Source: Marinicella sp. (GTDB lineage: Bacteria; Pseudomonadota; Gammaproteobacteria; Xanthomonadales; Marinicellaceae). Taken from it: a stretch of DNA of 64,000 nt. Below the pieces are notes generated by a model that was not told the origin of the DNA, searched no databases, and saw nothing but the letters and a program-made list of their open reading frames with translations. Below, in pieces: positions 30,371 through 40,452 of the stretch. The DNA is taken from NCBI GenBank assembly GCA_965230295.1, contig OZ246001.1:1408001-1472000 (forward strand), written 5' to 3'. How positions within the stretch are numbered: position 1 is the first letter of the stretch; each line of letters starts with the position of its first letter. Made by a program: the position numbers and the translations under genes.

Positions 30371-30763
30371 TTATTCAACCATACAAAAGGCATTGAGTTT
30401 GTTACCATCCAGGTCACGGAAATAGCCGGCATAGAATCCTTTATCAGCACCTTCAGGACGGAACCCAGGTTGGCCTTCGTCAGTACCACCCAATTCCAGG
30501 GCTTTCTGATGGAAAGCTTTGACCTTTTCCGGGGTTTCCAAATACACCGCCACCATGGTGCCATTTCCAACTGTAGCAGGTTCTTTATTAAAAGGGTTTG
30601 TGATGGCCATACCAGCTGCTTCAATGGTGGGTGACCAGGCCACAAAGTAATTTTCTTCTTCCATCGAACGGCCCACACCAATGGACTGATAAAGCGCATC
30701 ATAGTAAGCTGTGGCGCGTGGCAAATCGTTGGTTCCTAAAGTGACATATCCAATCATTTTCAT
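30371..30763 (-). CDS. VOC/glyoxalase family protein
   Basis: IGYVTLGTNDL..GNGTMVA..GGTDEG.PG.R..YFRDLDGNKL. Confidence 0.9.
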   Translation of the reverse strand: MKMIGYVTLGTNDLPRATAYYDALYQSIGVGRSMEEENYFVAWSPTIEAAGMAITNPFNKEPATVGNGTMVAVYLETPEKVKAFHQKALELGGTDEGQPGFRPEGADKGFYAGYFRDLDGNKLNAFCMVE

Positions 30764-30809
30764 TTCTCCTGTTATCGAGTTGTTAAAAAAATGCCATTGT
30801 AAAAAAGGT

Positions 30810-30833
30810 CTGCTGACAGCATGGTGTCAGCAG
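30810..30833. promoter_or_regulatory. Palindromic operator (TGACA-N6-TGTCA), probable YafY/WYL regulator site
   Basis: CTGCTGACA-GCATGG-TGTCAGCAG about 47 bp upstream of the VOC gene. Confidence 0.65.
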
Positions 30834-31193
30834 TGTTTTGATAGGATCTGTTAGCACCAATGCAATGACTTCTGTTAAGTCTGTAAATGCCACAATCAAG
30901 GCGCGATACGTGTGGTTTGGTTATTCCAATCAAGCGTTGAGGAACACAGAGTGTGGCGTTTACAGCCTTAACCCCATGGGCTGGATCGCATTTATTAATC
31001 CTCATCGTTATTCTGTCGTTCATGTGGAACAACCACACATTACGACAGACACCTTGATGATTAATAAATTCGATCCAGCAGAAGTCTTTTCGTTGGAGAT
31101 AACAGATCCCAAGCTATAATCAAGTGCATTGCAACCAAAAGGAATAGGGGATCACGGCAATATTTTCGAACTACGTTCGAACCCGCTGCGCTA

Positions 31194-31222
31194 TGGATTA
31201 CCCGGTCAAGCCGGGTAATGAC
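31194..31222. repeat. REP-like palindromic element
   Basis: TGG-ATTACCCGG-TCAAG-CCGGGTAAT-GAC; single copy in this window. Confidence 0.5.
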
Positions 31223-31301
31223 GAGGCTTTTTATTCGATTTAGGTAGAATCAAATTCAAAGCAATATTGATTTAGACAAAATAGAAACCAAATTAAACAC
31301 C

Positions 31302-31991
31302 ATGAGACGAGCTGATCGATTGATGAAAATCACCCACTTTCTGCGACAACGGCGACAGGCTGTTACAGCCAGTCAAGTGGCCGAAGCCTTCGATATCTGC
31401 AAACGCACGGTGTACCGGGACATACAATGTCTGATGGATTCAGGTGTGCCTATACGTGGTGAAGCAGGGGTTGGCTATACCATTGATAAGAAATTCTATT
31501 TGCCACCCATTGCCTTTGATGCCGATGAGCTGGAGGCGATTGCTTTGGGTGTCAGCATGGTGCGGCAATGGACCGATGAGCGGTTTGCAGGTAAGGCCAT
31601 GAGTGCCCTGGAAAAAATTCAAGCTGTACTACCCGCAACCCTGCAAGGCGAACTGAAGCAAATCACCACTTTCGCTGTTGATAACCGCCCGCCAATACCT
31701 TGGAAGGTCAACTTTTCAGACATACGTGAATGTATCCGTGATCGATGCAAAATAGACATGGTTTACTCAGATGAAAGACAACAGCATACCAACCGCAAAA
31801 TCAGGCCGTTGGCTTTGTTGTTTTTCAACCCGGTTTGGTTACTGACTGGCTGGTGTGAACTGCGCCAGGATTTCCGTAATTTTCGCCTGGATCGGATACA
31901 AAGCTTGATGAGTCATGATGACACCTTTGAGGATGAAGCCGACAAAAACCTGGCTGCTTATCTGGTTAAGGTCAAAGCCTGTCACGATTAA
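31302..31991 (+). CDS. YafY-family HTH-WYL transcriptional regulator
   Basis: MRRADRL..RTVYRDI..GEAGVGY; WLLTGWCELRQDFRNFRLDRI. Confidence 0.93.
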   Translation: MRRADRLMKITHFLRQRRQAVTASQVAEAFDICKRTVYRDIQCLMDSGVPIRGEAGVGYTIDKKFYLPPIAFDADELEAIALGVSMVRQWTDERFAGKAMSALEKIQAVLPATLQGELKQITTFAVDNRPPIPWKVNFSDIRECIRDRCKIDMVYSDERQQHTNRKIRPLALLFFNPVWLLTGWCELRQDFRNFRLDRIQSLMSHDDTFEDEADKNLAAYLVKVKACHD

Positions 31992-32014
31992 ATGACAACA
32001 GTACCTAAGCAGAC

Positions 32015-32482
32015 TTAAATGACATCGTCTTGTTCCACCCCAAACAACAAGGCACCACTGGTGTATTGGTCACCAAATGTGGCCCTGGCTGTAGCAACCT
32101 GCAAAATAGCCGATTTGAAAAACGATGGCTGCAAATCTGACAAAGGGTGAATAAACACCGACCATACGATGCCATCTGATATGGCATATCTGGCATCTAA
32201 TGCAGTGTGAAAGTTGGCTTCCATGGCTTTTTCAAGCATGCCAGCTTGCAAGTTTTTGGTTTCAATGATGGGTGATACCAATCGCATCCGATCGGCGTTG
32301 GTGTCATGAATCAAAAACATCGAAACACCTTGGAATGAAAACTGCACTGAATTGCCTTCAACTTTCACATCTTCTGACAGTTCATTGATGATTTCTTCAA
32401 GTGCTTTTGATGTCATCCTTTCAGCAGAATGTGCAGCACTTATGCCAGATAAAATTAACCCAATTATTAGTATGGTTCTCAT
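32015..32482 (-). CDS. Secreted YbjN/type-III-chaperone-fold-like protein
   Basis: Signal peptide; DRMRLVSPI..ANFHTALDARYA..FIHPL. Confidence 0.6.
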   Translation of the reverse strand: MRTILIIGLILSGISAAHSAERMTSKALEEIINELSEDVKVEGNSVQFSFQGVSMFLIHDTNADRMRLVSPIIETKNLQAGMLEKAMEANFHTALDARYAISDGIVWSVFIHPLSDLQPSFFKSAILQVATARATFGDQYTSGALLFGVEQDDVI

Positions 32483-32647
32483 AGCTGTTTTCCTTCATTG
32501 TAAGGCGGTAAATACCTCTGCATTTAAACGCAAAGACCTGCTTATCAGAATCAGACAGGAATATTTCATAATAAATGACAATTTTGTTCATACAATTTAT
32601 CAAATTGGATGAATGACCTCATTTGATGTTTAAAATAATATAGGCAC

Positions 32648-32674
32648 AAAAAAGCCACTGAAGACAGTGGCTTT
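32648..32674 (-). terminator. Rho-independent terminator of the blaI-M56 operon
   Basis: AAAGCCACTG-AAGA-CAGTGGCTTT with an A-run that reads as a U-tail on the minus strand. Confidence 0.75.
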
Positions 32675-32696
32675 ACAAGTTCATGACTCGATGAAA

Positions 32697-35015
32697 TCAG
32701 CTGATGGCTGCCAGAACCCGGTTGCGCTCGTATTTGCTACCAATGGATCGGGCCGCTGTTTTGATGTGGGCCTTCACGCTGTCATTAACGGTTTGGTTTT
32801 CAGTGATGCTGAGTAACAGACTGGCCAACTCAAAATCAGAGCCAATGTGGGCAGCAGCCGTTTGAATCATCCGCTCTAAGTGATGGGTTTGTAAGTCATG
32901 TTTGAGCAAATCTGCGTACACCTTTTTCATTTCAAAATCAGAACCGATGTGGGTGGCCAGATCCAGATAGGCGTTGAAAACCTGATCGCTGGCATTGGCT
33001 TGATCGATGTGTTTATTGGCTGCTATCATCACTTTAGCCAACTCAAAATCTGAACCAATGTCTTGTGCCAAAGAAAATAGGTTTTGTACATTTACTGGTT
33101 CATCGGCTTTGCGTTCAAGATAGGCCATCAGTACTTTGGCCATTTCAAAGTCAGAACCAATGCTTTCAGCGGCTACAAAATAAGCCTGGTTGATCGCTTC
33201 ACTGCTGGGTAACTGAGGCAGCACATTGAGCATGGTTTTCGCCATCTCAAAATCTGAACCGATGCTTTCGGTGCTGGCAAAGTAATCCAGCCACAAATCT
33301 TCAGAATCCAACTCTTGAGTCTTAACCAGTTTAGACAGCACTGAACTGAGCTCAAAGTCTGATCCTATCTCAGCGGCCAATTGCATGGTAAGGCTTAAGT
33401 CACTGTCGTTCAATGTAGATATTTTGAACAGGTGTGACAGGTAGGTTTTTCGGACAAAATCATTCTCAATCAAGCTCACTTCGTTGAGCACACCTTCATC
33501 ACCACCACTTTCACGAATGCGTTCCACCCGGGCTTTGGCCTGCAGCCCGGTTTCTCGCCAGACCAGTGGCATGACTTCAGACAACCATTGACGCGCTTGA
33601 GGGCCAAAGGTCTTTTCATCACCCTCATACCAATAGGTGTATTCGGCATTTTCGGCATTGGCGCCAGGTGCACTCTCAATCAGTATGCGTTGTTTGATAC
33701 CATCTTCGGTGTGGGTTAAATCAAAACGGCTGTTTTTTGGAAATGAAACAATCTGCGTTTCATCGGCATTGAATTCAATGTCGCCTTTCAGTTTGGCCTT
33801 GAGTTTAAGTTTGCGATCATCTCGGGAAGAACTGAGTGAAATATCAGTGACACCACCGTCGGTTTCGGTGTGATGGTAAGATGAACCGGCCAAAAAATGT
33901 ACGGCTGTTGTTTGGGCCACCACACCAGGGGCGGAAACCACGATAAAGGAGATGGCTGCCAGCAGACCGACGGTCCACAAGCGACTGGTTTTGTATTGAT
34001 TGGGCTGCATGATGTTTTCAACACGCTGCAAGAGTTTACTTTTTTTGGTTGTCATAGCGGGTACCATTTGAAATTGGGGTTGATATTGCTGATGGGTTTT
34101 TGCCACATCCACCAGGGTGACGGCTAAGGCACGAGGATTGTCGGTCCATGCAGCAGCCATTAAATCGGCTTTTTGTTCAGTGGCTTGATGAATGTGTTGT
34201 AACAACAAGCGGTTCAATGGTTGAAAAAACAACAACACCTGAAACCACTGTGAAATCGTTAACCACAGGCCATCATGCCTTTTGATGTGGGCCAATTCAT
34301 GGGCCAATGCGGCTTCTATTTGATCGGCTTCACTGTGTTGTAAAAACGCCGTTGGACAGACCACTTCCTGACCCATGGCAATGGGCGTGGTTAAGACGTC
34401 AGATTGGCTTATTTTAACTTCCGAAGACAGGCCACTGTGCTGAATCAACTGGTTAAAAATCACCTGTATGGCCTGGTCAGTAACCGGCTGTCTTTGTTTC
34501 ATCAACTGATGCCAATGCCAGTGGGTTTTACCGAGTCGATAAAACAAGGCGCCCATACACATTGACCACAGCAACAGCCAGGCCCATGTCGCATTGATGG
34601 AGCCTGAAATGTGTGCTTTTTCATTTGGCGCACTTATGTTTTTTGGCTGAACCGGGGGTGCGTGCGGCATTAAAGCAACTTGTGCATCAGGCTTTTGAGA
34701 CTCTTCTACCATGGGTTGCTTCTGTACTTTACTGGTTTGCTCTTTCGCCTTTGGTTCCGTTTTTTGAATGCCGCTGGCCCATTGAACTTGCCACACTGAC
34801 CAGCCTTGCGGAATCCACCCATTGGTTTGTACCAAAGCCGTGAAAAAACCCAGTAACAAAGCGGACTTCATCACCCATTCACCCAGCCGATCAAAGGCCA
34901 ACAAACGAAATCGTACGGCCAACAAGACCAAGCCAATCAAGAGGGTTGAATGAATGAAATAGTTGATTGAGAACAGCACCAACTGCTCAGCCAACTCATT
35001 GATCCAGTTAATCAC
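32697..35015 (-). CDS. BlaR1/MecR1-like M56 metallopeptidase with helical-repeat C-terminal domain
   Basis: TM helices, AHELAHIKRHD, FFQPL..EQKAD, and about 8 IGSDFE-type repeats. Confidence 0.9.
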   Translation of the reverse strand: MINWINELAEQLVLFSINYFIHSTLLIGLVLLAVRFRLLAFDRLGEWVMKSALLLGFFTALVQTNGWIPQGWSVWQVQWASGIQKTEPKAKEQTSKVQKQPMVEESQKPDAQVALMPHAPPVQPKNISAPNEKAHISGSINATWAWLLLWSMCMGALFYRLGKTHWHWHQLMKQRQPVTDQAIQVIFNQLIQHSGLSSEVKISQSDVLTTPIAMGQEVVCPTAFLQHSEADQIEAALAHELAHIKRHDGLWLTISQWFQVLLFFQPLNRLLLQHIHQATEQKADLMAAAWTDNPRALAVTLVDVAKTHQQYQPQFQMVPAMTTKKSKLLQRVENIMQPNQYKTSRLWTVGLLAAISFIVVSAPGVVAQTTAVHFLAGSSYHHTETDGGVTDISLSSSRDDRKLKLKAKLKGDIEFNADETQIVSFPKNSRFDLTHTEDGIKQRILIESAPGANAENAEYTYWYEGDEKTFGPQARQWLSEVMPLVWRETGLQAKARVERIRESGGDEGVLNEVSLIENDFVRKTYLSHLFKISTLNDSDLSLTMQLAAEIGSDFELSSVLSKLVKTQELDSEDLWLDYFASTESIGSDFEMAKTMLNVLPQLPSSEAINQAYFVAAESIGSDFEMAKVLMAYLERKADEPVNVQNLFSLAQDIGSDFELAKVMIAANKHIDQANASDQVFNAYLDLATHIGSDFEMKKVYADLLKHDLQTHHLERMIQTAAAHIGSDFELASLLLSITENQTVNDSVKAHIKTAARSIGSKYERNRVLAAIS

Positions 35016-35397
35016 GATTCACCTCCTGATCCAGTAGGTCTTTGATTTTTTTTACATCCTCTTCTGAAACCGTTTCCTGATCCACCAGATGATGTACCAA
35101 GGCTTCAGGTTCGCCATCAAACAAATGGTTCAATAAATTACCCAGCATGGATGATCGAACTTCGGTTTCAGAAACTTGTGCAAAATACAGGTATTGGCGA
35201 CCCTTTTTTTCAAACCCCACAATGTCTTTTTCCTGTAGGCGTTTAAGCATGGTCGCAACGGTGGTCAACGCCAGCGGTTTGTGTTGATTAAGCTGTTGAT
35301 GCACATCACTGACACTCAGCTTTGGAGACTGCCACAACACCTTCATCACGTCGATTTGTGACTGGCTGAGCTTGATTGGTTTGTTTTGTTTGGTCAT
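35008..35397 (-). CDS. BlaI/MecI/CopY family repressor
   Basis: VMKVLW..LALTTVATMLKRLQEK..GRQYLY..LFDG; likely start ATG 35397. Confidence 0.92.
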   Translation of the reverse strand: MTKQNKPIKLSQSQIDVMKVLWQSPKLSVSDVHQQLNQHKPLALTTVATMLKRLQEKDIVGFEKKGRQYLYFAQVSETEVRSSMLGNLLNHLFDGEPEALVHHLVDQETVSEEDVKKIKDLLDQEVNRD

Positions 35398-35412
35398 GAA
35401 ATCTGTGTTATT

Positions 35413-35457
35413 ACTACAACTGTAGTTTAATTTAATACTACATATGTAGTTTGTCAA
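35413..35457 (-). promoter_or_regulatory. Sigma70 promoter with two BlaI-type TACA-NN-TGTA operators
   Basis: ACTACAACTGTAGT (35413-35426) and ACTACATATGTAGT (35437-35450); minus-strand TTGACA-17-TAAATT. Confidence 0.85.
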
Positions 35458-35530
35458 CATTTTTTTAACCTTTTGTTTCTTTATTCGCATAAGAAAGGTA
35501 TATTGATAACAAATAAATTCGGACAAAGGA

Positions 35531-36357
35531 ATGACAAAAACACTGCTGATCAGCACCTTATTATGCTTCTTCTTGTTCAACTCTGAAGCAGAAACTAGGG
35601 CCTGTTAACACTAAATTAATGGCCACTGCTGAAACCGTATTTTTCAGCCAACAACGCCACCCATCGTGATATGTGGTCACTCCACATGAACGATTGGCTA
35701 AGACCGGTGGGTGGAAAATACGGTCCAGCCCGATGGGTTAGGGTTGAAAACACCACACCCTGCGTTGCTCATCACTCAATTGGCATGCCAAATCACGCGA
35801 TTCGCGCCTTGATAGTGATGTTTTCAGTCATAACAGTCGTCATTTATTTAGTGTTAACAGGCCCTAAATTCAAAACCCAAATACTTGAACCATTGGGTGG
35901 CAAGATCCAAATGCCTAAAGACTGGTTCTACAATGAACGTCACGGTGGCGCATCTTACATATGGATCCTATCTAAAGAGGACCTCGATAATGGCCCTTAT
36001 GTAACCGGTGTCAAAATCCAAATCATAGGTGGCATTGAAGAGGGCACAGGTCAATCGCCTGAACAGTTCATGCAGGATTTTGCGTCACAAAAGAAGGGCC
36101 AGGTGAAAGTCTTGAATGAATGCAAAGCCCAAGAACAAGATTTTTTTATCAGAACATGCTTGCAAACCATCGAACCGGCTAAAGAACTGGGGGAAGAGAT
36201 CAATTACCGCATTCAGTATTCCATATTTTGGAACAATGAGATGGACATGGCGGTGTTGATGATTCAGGGCACAACCGAAGAATTGTGGGAAAAATACTTA
36301 CCTATATTCAGCACCATGCAAGATTTTGAAATGATCGACATGTCTCGATTTGAGTGA
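35531..36357 (+). pseudogene. Secreted hypothetical protein gene interrupted by a MITE
   Basis: MTKTLLISTLLCFFLFNSEAET stops just inside the element. Removing the element plus one TA restores ..AET-KFKTQILEPLGG.. in frame to stop 36357. Confidence 0.85.
35598..35864. mobile_element. 267-bp MITE with 19-bp perfect terminal inverted repeats and TA target duplication
   Basis: TA|GGGCCTGTTAACACTAAAT ... ATTTAGTGTTAACAGGCCC|TA; no transposase inside. Confidence 0.92.
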
Positions 36358-36358
36358 T

Positions 36359-37639
36359 TTAAAAACGATCGACAGCATACGCAGATAGGTCCAATTCTGT
36401 GGTTGTCTTACTGATCAGTTCTGCCACCAATTTACCGGTGGCTGGAGCCAGGGTGAGGCCAAGCATGTTATGACCAGTGGCAACCACAACATTGTCAAGA
36501 CTGGGCAGTCGATCAATGATCGGTAAACTGTCATACGTCATGGGACGCCAGCCATACCAAGGTTCGGCATCGATGGTAGACAATGGATCCTTCAAATAGG
36601 CTTCTGCCGAATCGATCAACAAATCAATGCGATGTTGTGGAATGCGTTCATTGAACCCGACAAACTCCATCATCGAACCCACCCGCAAAGCCCCTTTAAA
36701 AGGTGTGAGTCCGACACTTTTCTCAGGAAACAGTACCGGAACTTGCAAATTCGATTGAGCATGGGGCAAGGTGACTGAATACCCTTTGCCCGGTTCCACC
36801 GGTAACTTCACATCTAATTGTTTAGCCAGTTTTGAACTCCAGGCACCGGTTGCAATGACGTATTGATCGGCTTTGAGTTCGCCCTGGCTGGTGACCAGTG
36901 ATTGGATGTTGCCGGATCGCTTATTGATGGTTTGTAGCTGGCAGTTTTCGATGAATTGAACGCCTCGCTTTTTGAGCAGCTGTGCCCAGTTATTGGCAAA
37001 CTGCGATGGATTTAAATGGGCATCTTGTTCATAGATGAAGGCGCCTGCCAAATCATCGATCAAAACCGGTTCAAACGCCTGTAATTCCGAGCTGTTTAAA
37101 AATTGGGCTGCAGCACCATAGGTTTCGCCCAAATAGTCATTGGTTTGTTTGAAGTCTTGCATGGCCTTTGTAGATTTAAAGGCATACATCAAGCCTTTGG
37201 TCTGCCATCCACAGTCCATCGACTCAGCAGCCATCAATTCATCATATGATTGCCTGGATAAATCCAACAGCTGATGCAAATGTTTACCCGCATGTGCCAC
37301 ATGGTTTTGGTGACAACGCTTGGCCAACTGTAGCAGCCAAGTGTATAAGGCAGGACGCCATTGAGGCTTGATGCGAAACGGTGAACGCGGCGTCAACATC
37401 GACTTCATGCCTTTGCTGATCATTCCCGGTACAGCCAATGGCATGATGTGACTGGGACATATATAACCACAATTACCATAAGAACATGCATGGGCTATTT
37501 GGCCCTGATCGATCACGGTCACTGCATGATTCTGCTCGGTCAAATAATGGGCGCAGGCCAAACCAATGATCCCCGCCCCGACCACCAAAACATCTGTTGA
37601 TGTTTGATCCGTTGTCTTTTGGTCAATGCTTGGCATCAT
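36359..37639 (-). CDS. DadA-like FAD-dependent D-amino acid dehydrogenase (probable D-hydroxyproline dehydrogenase)
   Basis: GAGIIG, CSYGNCG, GWRPMTYD and GHNMLGLTLAPATG motifs; operon context. Confidence 0.85.
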   Translation of the reverse strand: MMPSIDQKTTDQTSTDVLVVGAGIIGLACAHYLTEQNHAVTVIDQGQIAHACSYGNCGYICPSHIMPLAVPGMISKGMKSMLTPRSPFRIKPQWRPALYTWLLQLAKRCHQNHVAHAGKHLHQLLDLSRQSYDELMAAESMDCGWQTKGLMYAFKSTKAMQDFKQTNDYLGETYGAAAQFLNSSELQAFEPVLIDDLAGAFIYEQDAHLNPSQFANNWAQLLKKRGVQFIENCQLQTINKRSGNIQSLVTSQGELKADQYVIATGAWSSKLAKQLDVKLPVEPGKGYSVTLPHAQSNLQVPVLFPEKSVGLTPFKGALRVGSMMEFVGFNERIPQHRIDLLIDSAEAYLKDPLSTIDAEPWYGWRPMTYDSLPIIDRLPSLDNVVVATGHNMLGLTLAPATGKLVAELISKTTTELDLSAYAVDRF

Positions 37640-38568
37640 TGAGTTATACCATATTTAAACGGATCATTGTTTTGCATGAAAAGGATACTGCTACCTGTGA
37701 CATAGGCCCTGCCACTGATCGACGGCACCACCTGATTTTCATCGTTGATGCGGTAAGTGGCCTCAAAGCGGCTGTTGATGATGCTGTCCTGGATCCACTT
37801 TTCGCCAGGTTGTAACTGCCCATGAGCTGCCAGGCAGGCTACTTTGGCACTGGTGCCCGTTCCACAAGGGGATCGGTCATAGGCATTTCCAGGGCATAAG
37901 ACGAAGTTCTTGCTGTGTGCATCTGAACAGGCAGGATCACCAAATAACTCAATGTGATCGATTTCTGCACCGTCGTGTCCTGTGATACCTTGGGATGACA
38001 AAGTTTGCTTGATGGCTGCAGCAAAACTCGACAAGTCATCGACATTTTGTTGATCCAGTTTGATGTCCAGTCCTTGGGTAAGAAAAAACCAGTTACCTCC
38101 CCAGGCCACATCACCGCAGACCATACCATGGTCATCAACCTGGATCGACACATTCGACTGGTACAGGTAGCTGGGCACGTTTTCAACTTGATAGGTTGAA
38201 TCATCCAGGACCGCAACTTTCACTATTCCAACCGGTGTTTCAAAGCAAACCATGCCAGTATCGATCAAACCCAAATGTTTCATGGTGGCGGCCACTCCCA
38301 TGATGCCATGACCGCACATACCCAAATAGCCTGCATTGTTAAAGAAAATCACCCCAGCTGCACAACGTTCATCAGTGGGCGGGCACAACATGGCTCCGAC
38401 CAGGACATCTGAACCTCTGGGCTCCAGTATGACGGCTGTTCTGAGGTGGTCAAAATGTTGCTGAAACACTTCAAGTCGTTGCGCCATTGAGCCACTGCCC
38501 AGGTCAGGCCCGCCTTCAATGATCACCCTTGTTGGCTCACCTTCGGTGTGAGAATCAATGACTTTCAT
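37636..38568 (-). CDS. 4-hydroxyproline 2-epimerase (proline racemase family)
   Basis: DSHTEGEPTR, MCGH and DRSPCGTGTSA; both catalytic Cys present. Confidence 0.9.
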   Translation of the reverse strand: MKVIDSHTEGEPTRVIIEGGPDLGSGSMAQRLEVFQQHFDHLRTAVILEPRGSDVLVGAMLCPPTDERCAAGVIFFNNAGYLGMCGHGIMGVAATMKHLGLIDTGMVCFETPVGIVKVAVLDDSTYQVENVPSYLYQSNVSIQVDDHGMVCGDVAWGGNWFFLTQGLDIKLDQQNVDDLSSFAAAIKQTLSSQGITGHDGAEIDHIELFGDPACSDAHSKNFVLCPGNAYDRSPCGTGTSAKVACLAAHGQLQPGEKWIQDSIINSRFEATYRINDENQVVPSISGRAYVTGSSILFMQNNDPFKYGITQ

Positions 38569-39527
38569 CAAGCACCTGTGGCGTAATCTTTACCCGGCCA
38601 AGATGACCACCATTGCTTAAATCGATGCCACTCTGCAGTGACAAACGCACGTTGAGGGTCTGTCAGACGATCTTCGGCATTGAGGTGATGCTCATAACCT
38701 GAATGACCGGCCAACACCATCAGGTATTTGTAGTACAAAACCAAATCAGGACCTTCATCGAACAAGGCCAAAACCTTGAGGGCCGCATCCAACTCAGTGG
38801 CATGAATCCGGGCCTGGTGATCACCTTGGGCCGCTGCCTGACACAAAGCCATGAAGTGCAACACTTCTTCAGGCAGGGCATTGCCCACGCCAGTGATGGC
38901 ACCACCGGCATTACAATGCACAAAGCCATGCAATACCTGAGTATCTACACCCACCATTAAGGACAAGCCAGAGTCTCCAGAAGTGATGGTTTCAGCGGCA
39001 TAAGTCAATGCTTGCTCACCCCCAAACTCTTTAAATCCAACCAGATTCTTGTGTTTTTCACGCAGCACAAAAAATAAATCTGCTTTGGTTTCATAGCCAT
39101 AATATGGACTGTTATAAATCACACTGGGCAACTGATCAGCAGCTGATAAGATTCGGGAGAAGTGGCTGATCTGTGCAGCAGGCACCGAGCCCCTGGATAA
39201 AATCCGTGGAATGACCATCAAGCCCAATGCACCCACGTATTGAGCATGGCTGGCCAACTCAACGGCTTGTTGGGTGTTTTGGGCACCCGTACCAACCACC
39301 ACAGGAACGCCTGCCCTGATCAATGCCTCTACACCTGTTTTGCGCTGCTCTATGGTTAACAGCGGCCAGTCACCCATCGAACCACAATAAACCACTGCAG
39401 ACATGCCTTGTTCTATCAATGCAAGGCCTGTTTGCACCAATAGTTCAAAATCAGGCTCACCCTGTTCATTACAAGGCGTCATCAAAGCCGGCATACAGCC
39501 GCTAAAAACCGTGCTATTTTCTGTCAT
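38568..39527 (-). CDS. DapA-family lyase (probable 1-pyrroline-4-hydroxy-2-carboxylate deaminase)
   Basis: PALMTP, GSMGDW, YNSP and GFKEF motifs; operon context. Confidence 0.8.
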   Translation of the reverse strand: MTENSTVFSGCMPALMTPCNEQGEPDFELLVQTGLALIEQGMSAVVYCGSMGDWPLLTIEQRKTGVEALIRAGVPVVVGTGAQNTQQAVELASHAQYVGALGLMVIPRILSRGSVPAAQISHFSRILSAADQLPSVIYNSPYYGYETKADLFFVLREKHKNLVGFKEFGGEQALTYAAETITSGDSGLSLMVGVDTQVLHGFVHCNAGGAITGVGNALPEEVLHFMALCQAAAQGDHQARIHATELDAALKVLALFDEGPDLVLYYKYLMVLAGHSGYEHHLNAEDRLTDPQRAFVTAEWHRFKQWWSSWPGKDYATGA

Positions 39528-39666
39528 ATTATCACCTAAGTATTTATCAAATTAACCATCACTTTATCGCTGATGAAATATCATTTAAACTGTTGTTATA
39601 TAATATTTTTATTGATTTTATATTCTGTACATAAAACCAAGTTATAACTTTAATATATGCATAATT

Positions 39667-40452
39667 ATGAAAAATTCTGAAACTATAATTAACACCATCA
39701 CCCACCAATTGGGGGGCCTCAACATGGCCGAAGTCCTGTTTGATCATGTGCCTGAAATCGTGTTCTTTGTTAAAGACACCAACGGGCAATATTTAATGGT
39801 CAATCAAACCTTGGTGCTGCGTTGTGGCGCCAAAGAAAAAGCAGATTTAATTGGGTGCAAGGCCACCGAGGTATTTGGTACCGAAGTGGGAAAACATTAT
39901 GAACAACAAGACAGAAAAGTGATCAACAACCAACAAGCCATCATAAAACAGCTGGAATCACACCTGTACCCCACGCAAGAAATGGGCTGGTGTTTGACCA
40001 CCAAAGTGCCATTGCTCAATGACCAGTCCCAGTGTACTGGCCTGGTTGGGATTTCTCAGGATTTGAACTGGACCGATTTGTCTGAACATTTTCTGCAACA
40101 TGTTTCCAAAGCCATGAATTATGCAGAAACCCATTTACAACAAAATCCTTCGATTGCTGACATGGCCGATGCGGCCAACTTATCTTGCTATCAGCTGGAC
40201 CGGCGCATGAAGGCTTTATTTGGCATCACAACGGGGAAATGGTTACTCAAAACCAAAATTTCGAAGGCTTCACAACTGTTGATCAACTCTGAATTTTCAG
40301 TCTTGGACATTGCTCTGGCGGTTGGCTACAACGACCAGAGTGCTTTTACCCGTCAATTCAAAACCGCCACCGGATTAACACCGAGTGCTTTCAAAAAACG
40401 ACAACGCAATGAGCGCACCAAACCGGACACAGATATGAGGAAAAAACCATGA
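39667..40452 (+). CDS. PAS-domain AraC regulator of the hydroxyproline cluster
   Basis: FFVKD..G.Y..VN PAS-like N-terminus; IALAVGYNDQSAFTRQFK. Confidence 0.88.
   Translation: MKNSETIINTITHQLGGLNMAEVLFDHVPEIVFFVKDTNGQYLMVNQTLVLRCGAKEKADLIGCKATEVFGTEVGKHYEQQDRKVINNQQAIIKQLESHLYPTQEMGWCLTTKVPLLNDQSQCTGLVGISQDLNWTDLSEHFLQHVSKAMNYAETHLQQNPSIADMADAANLSCYQLDRRMKALFGITTGKWLLKTKISKASQLLINSEFSVLDIALAVGYNDQSAFTRQFKTATGLTPSAFKKRQRNERTKPDTDMRKKP

Noticed and set aside
25192-35397. Beta-lactam resistance locus (serine hydrolase plus BlaI/BlaR1)
   Set aside because: The hydrolase lacks canonical YxN/KTG, the M56 protein lacks a penicillin-binding sensor domain, the genes are not adjacent, and I saw no BlaI operator upstream of the hydrolase operon.
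35398-35580. 60-aa N-terminal extension of BlaI
   Set aside because: It overlaps its own promoter and operators and the divergent gene start; ATG 35397 matches the family length.
35671-35866. N-terminal 65 aa of the listed ORF 35671-36357 as the native start
   Set aside because: It lies inside the MITE; the native start is ATG 35531 with a signal peptide.
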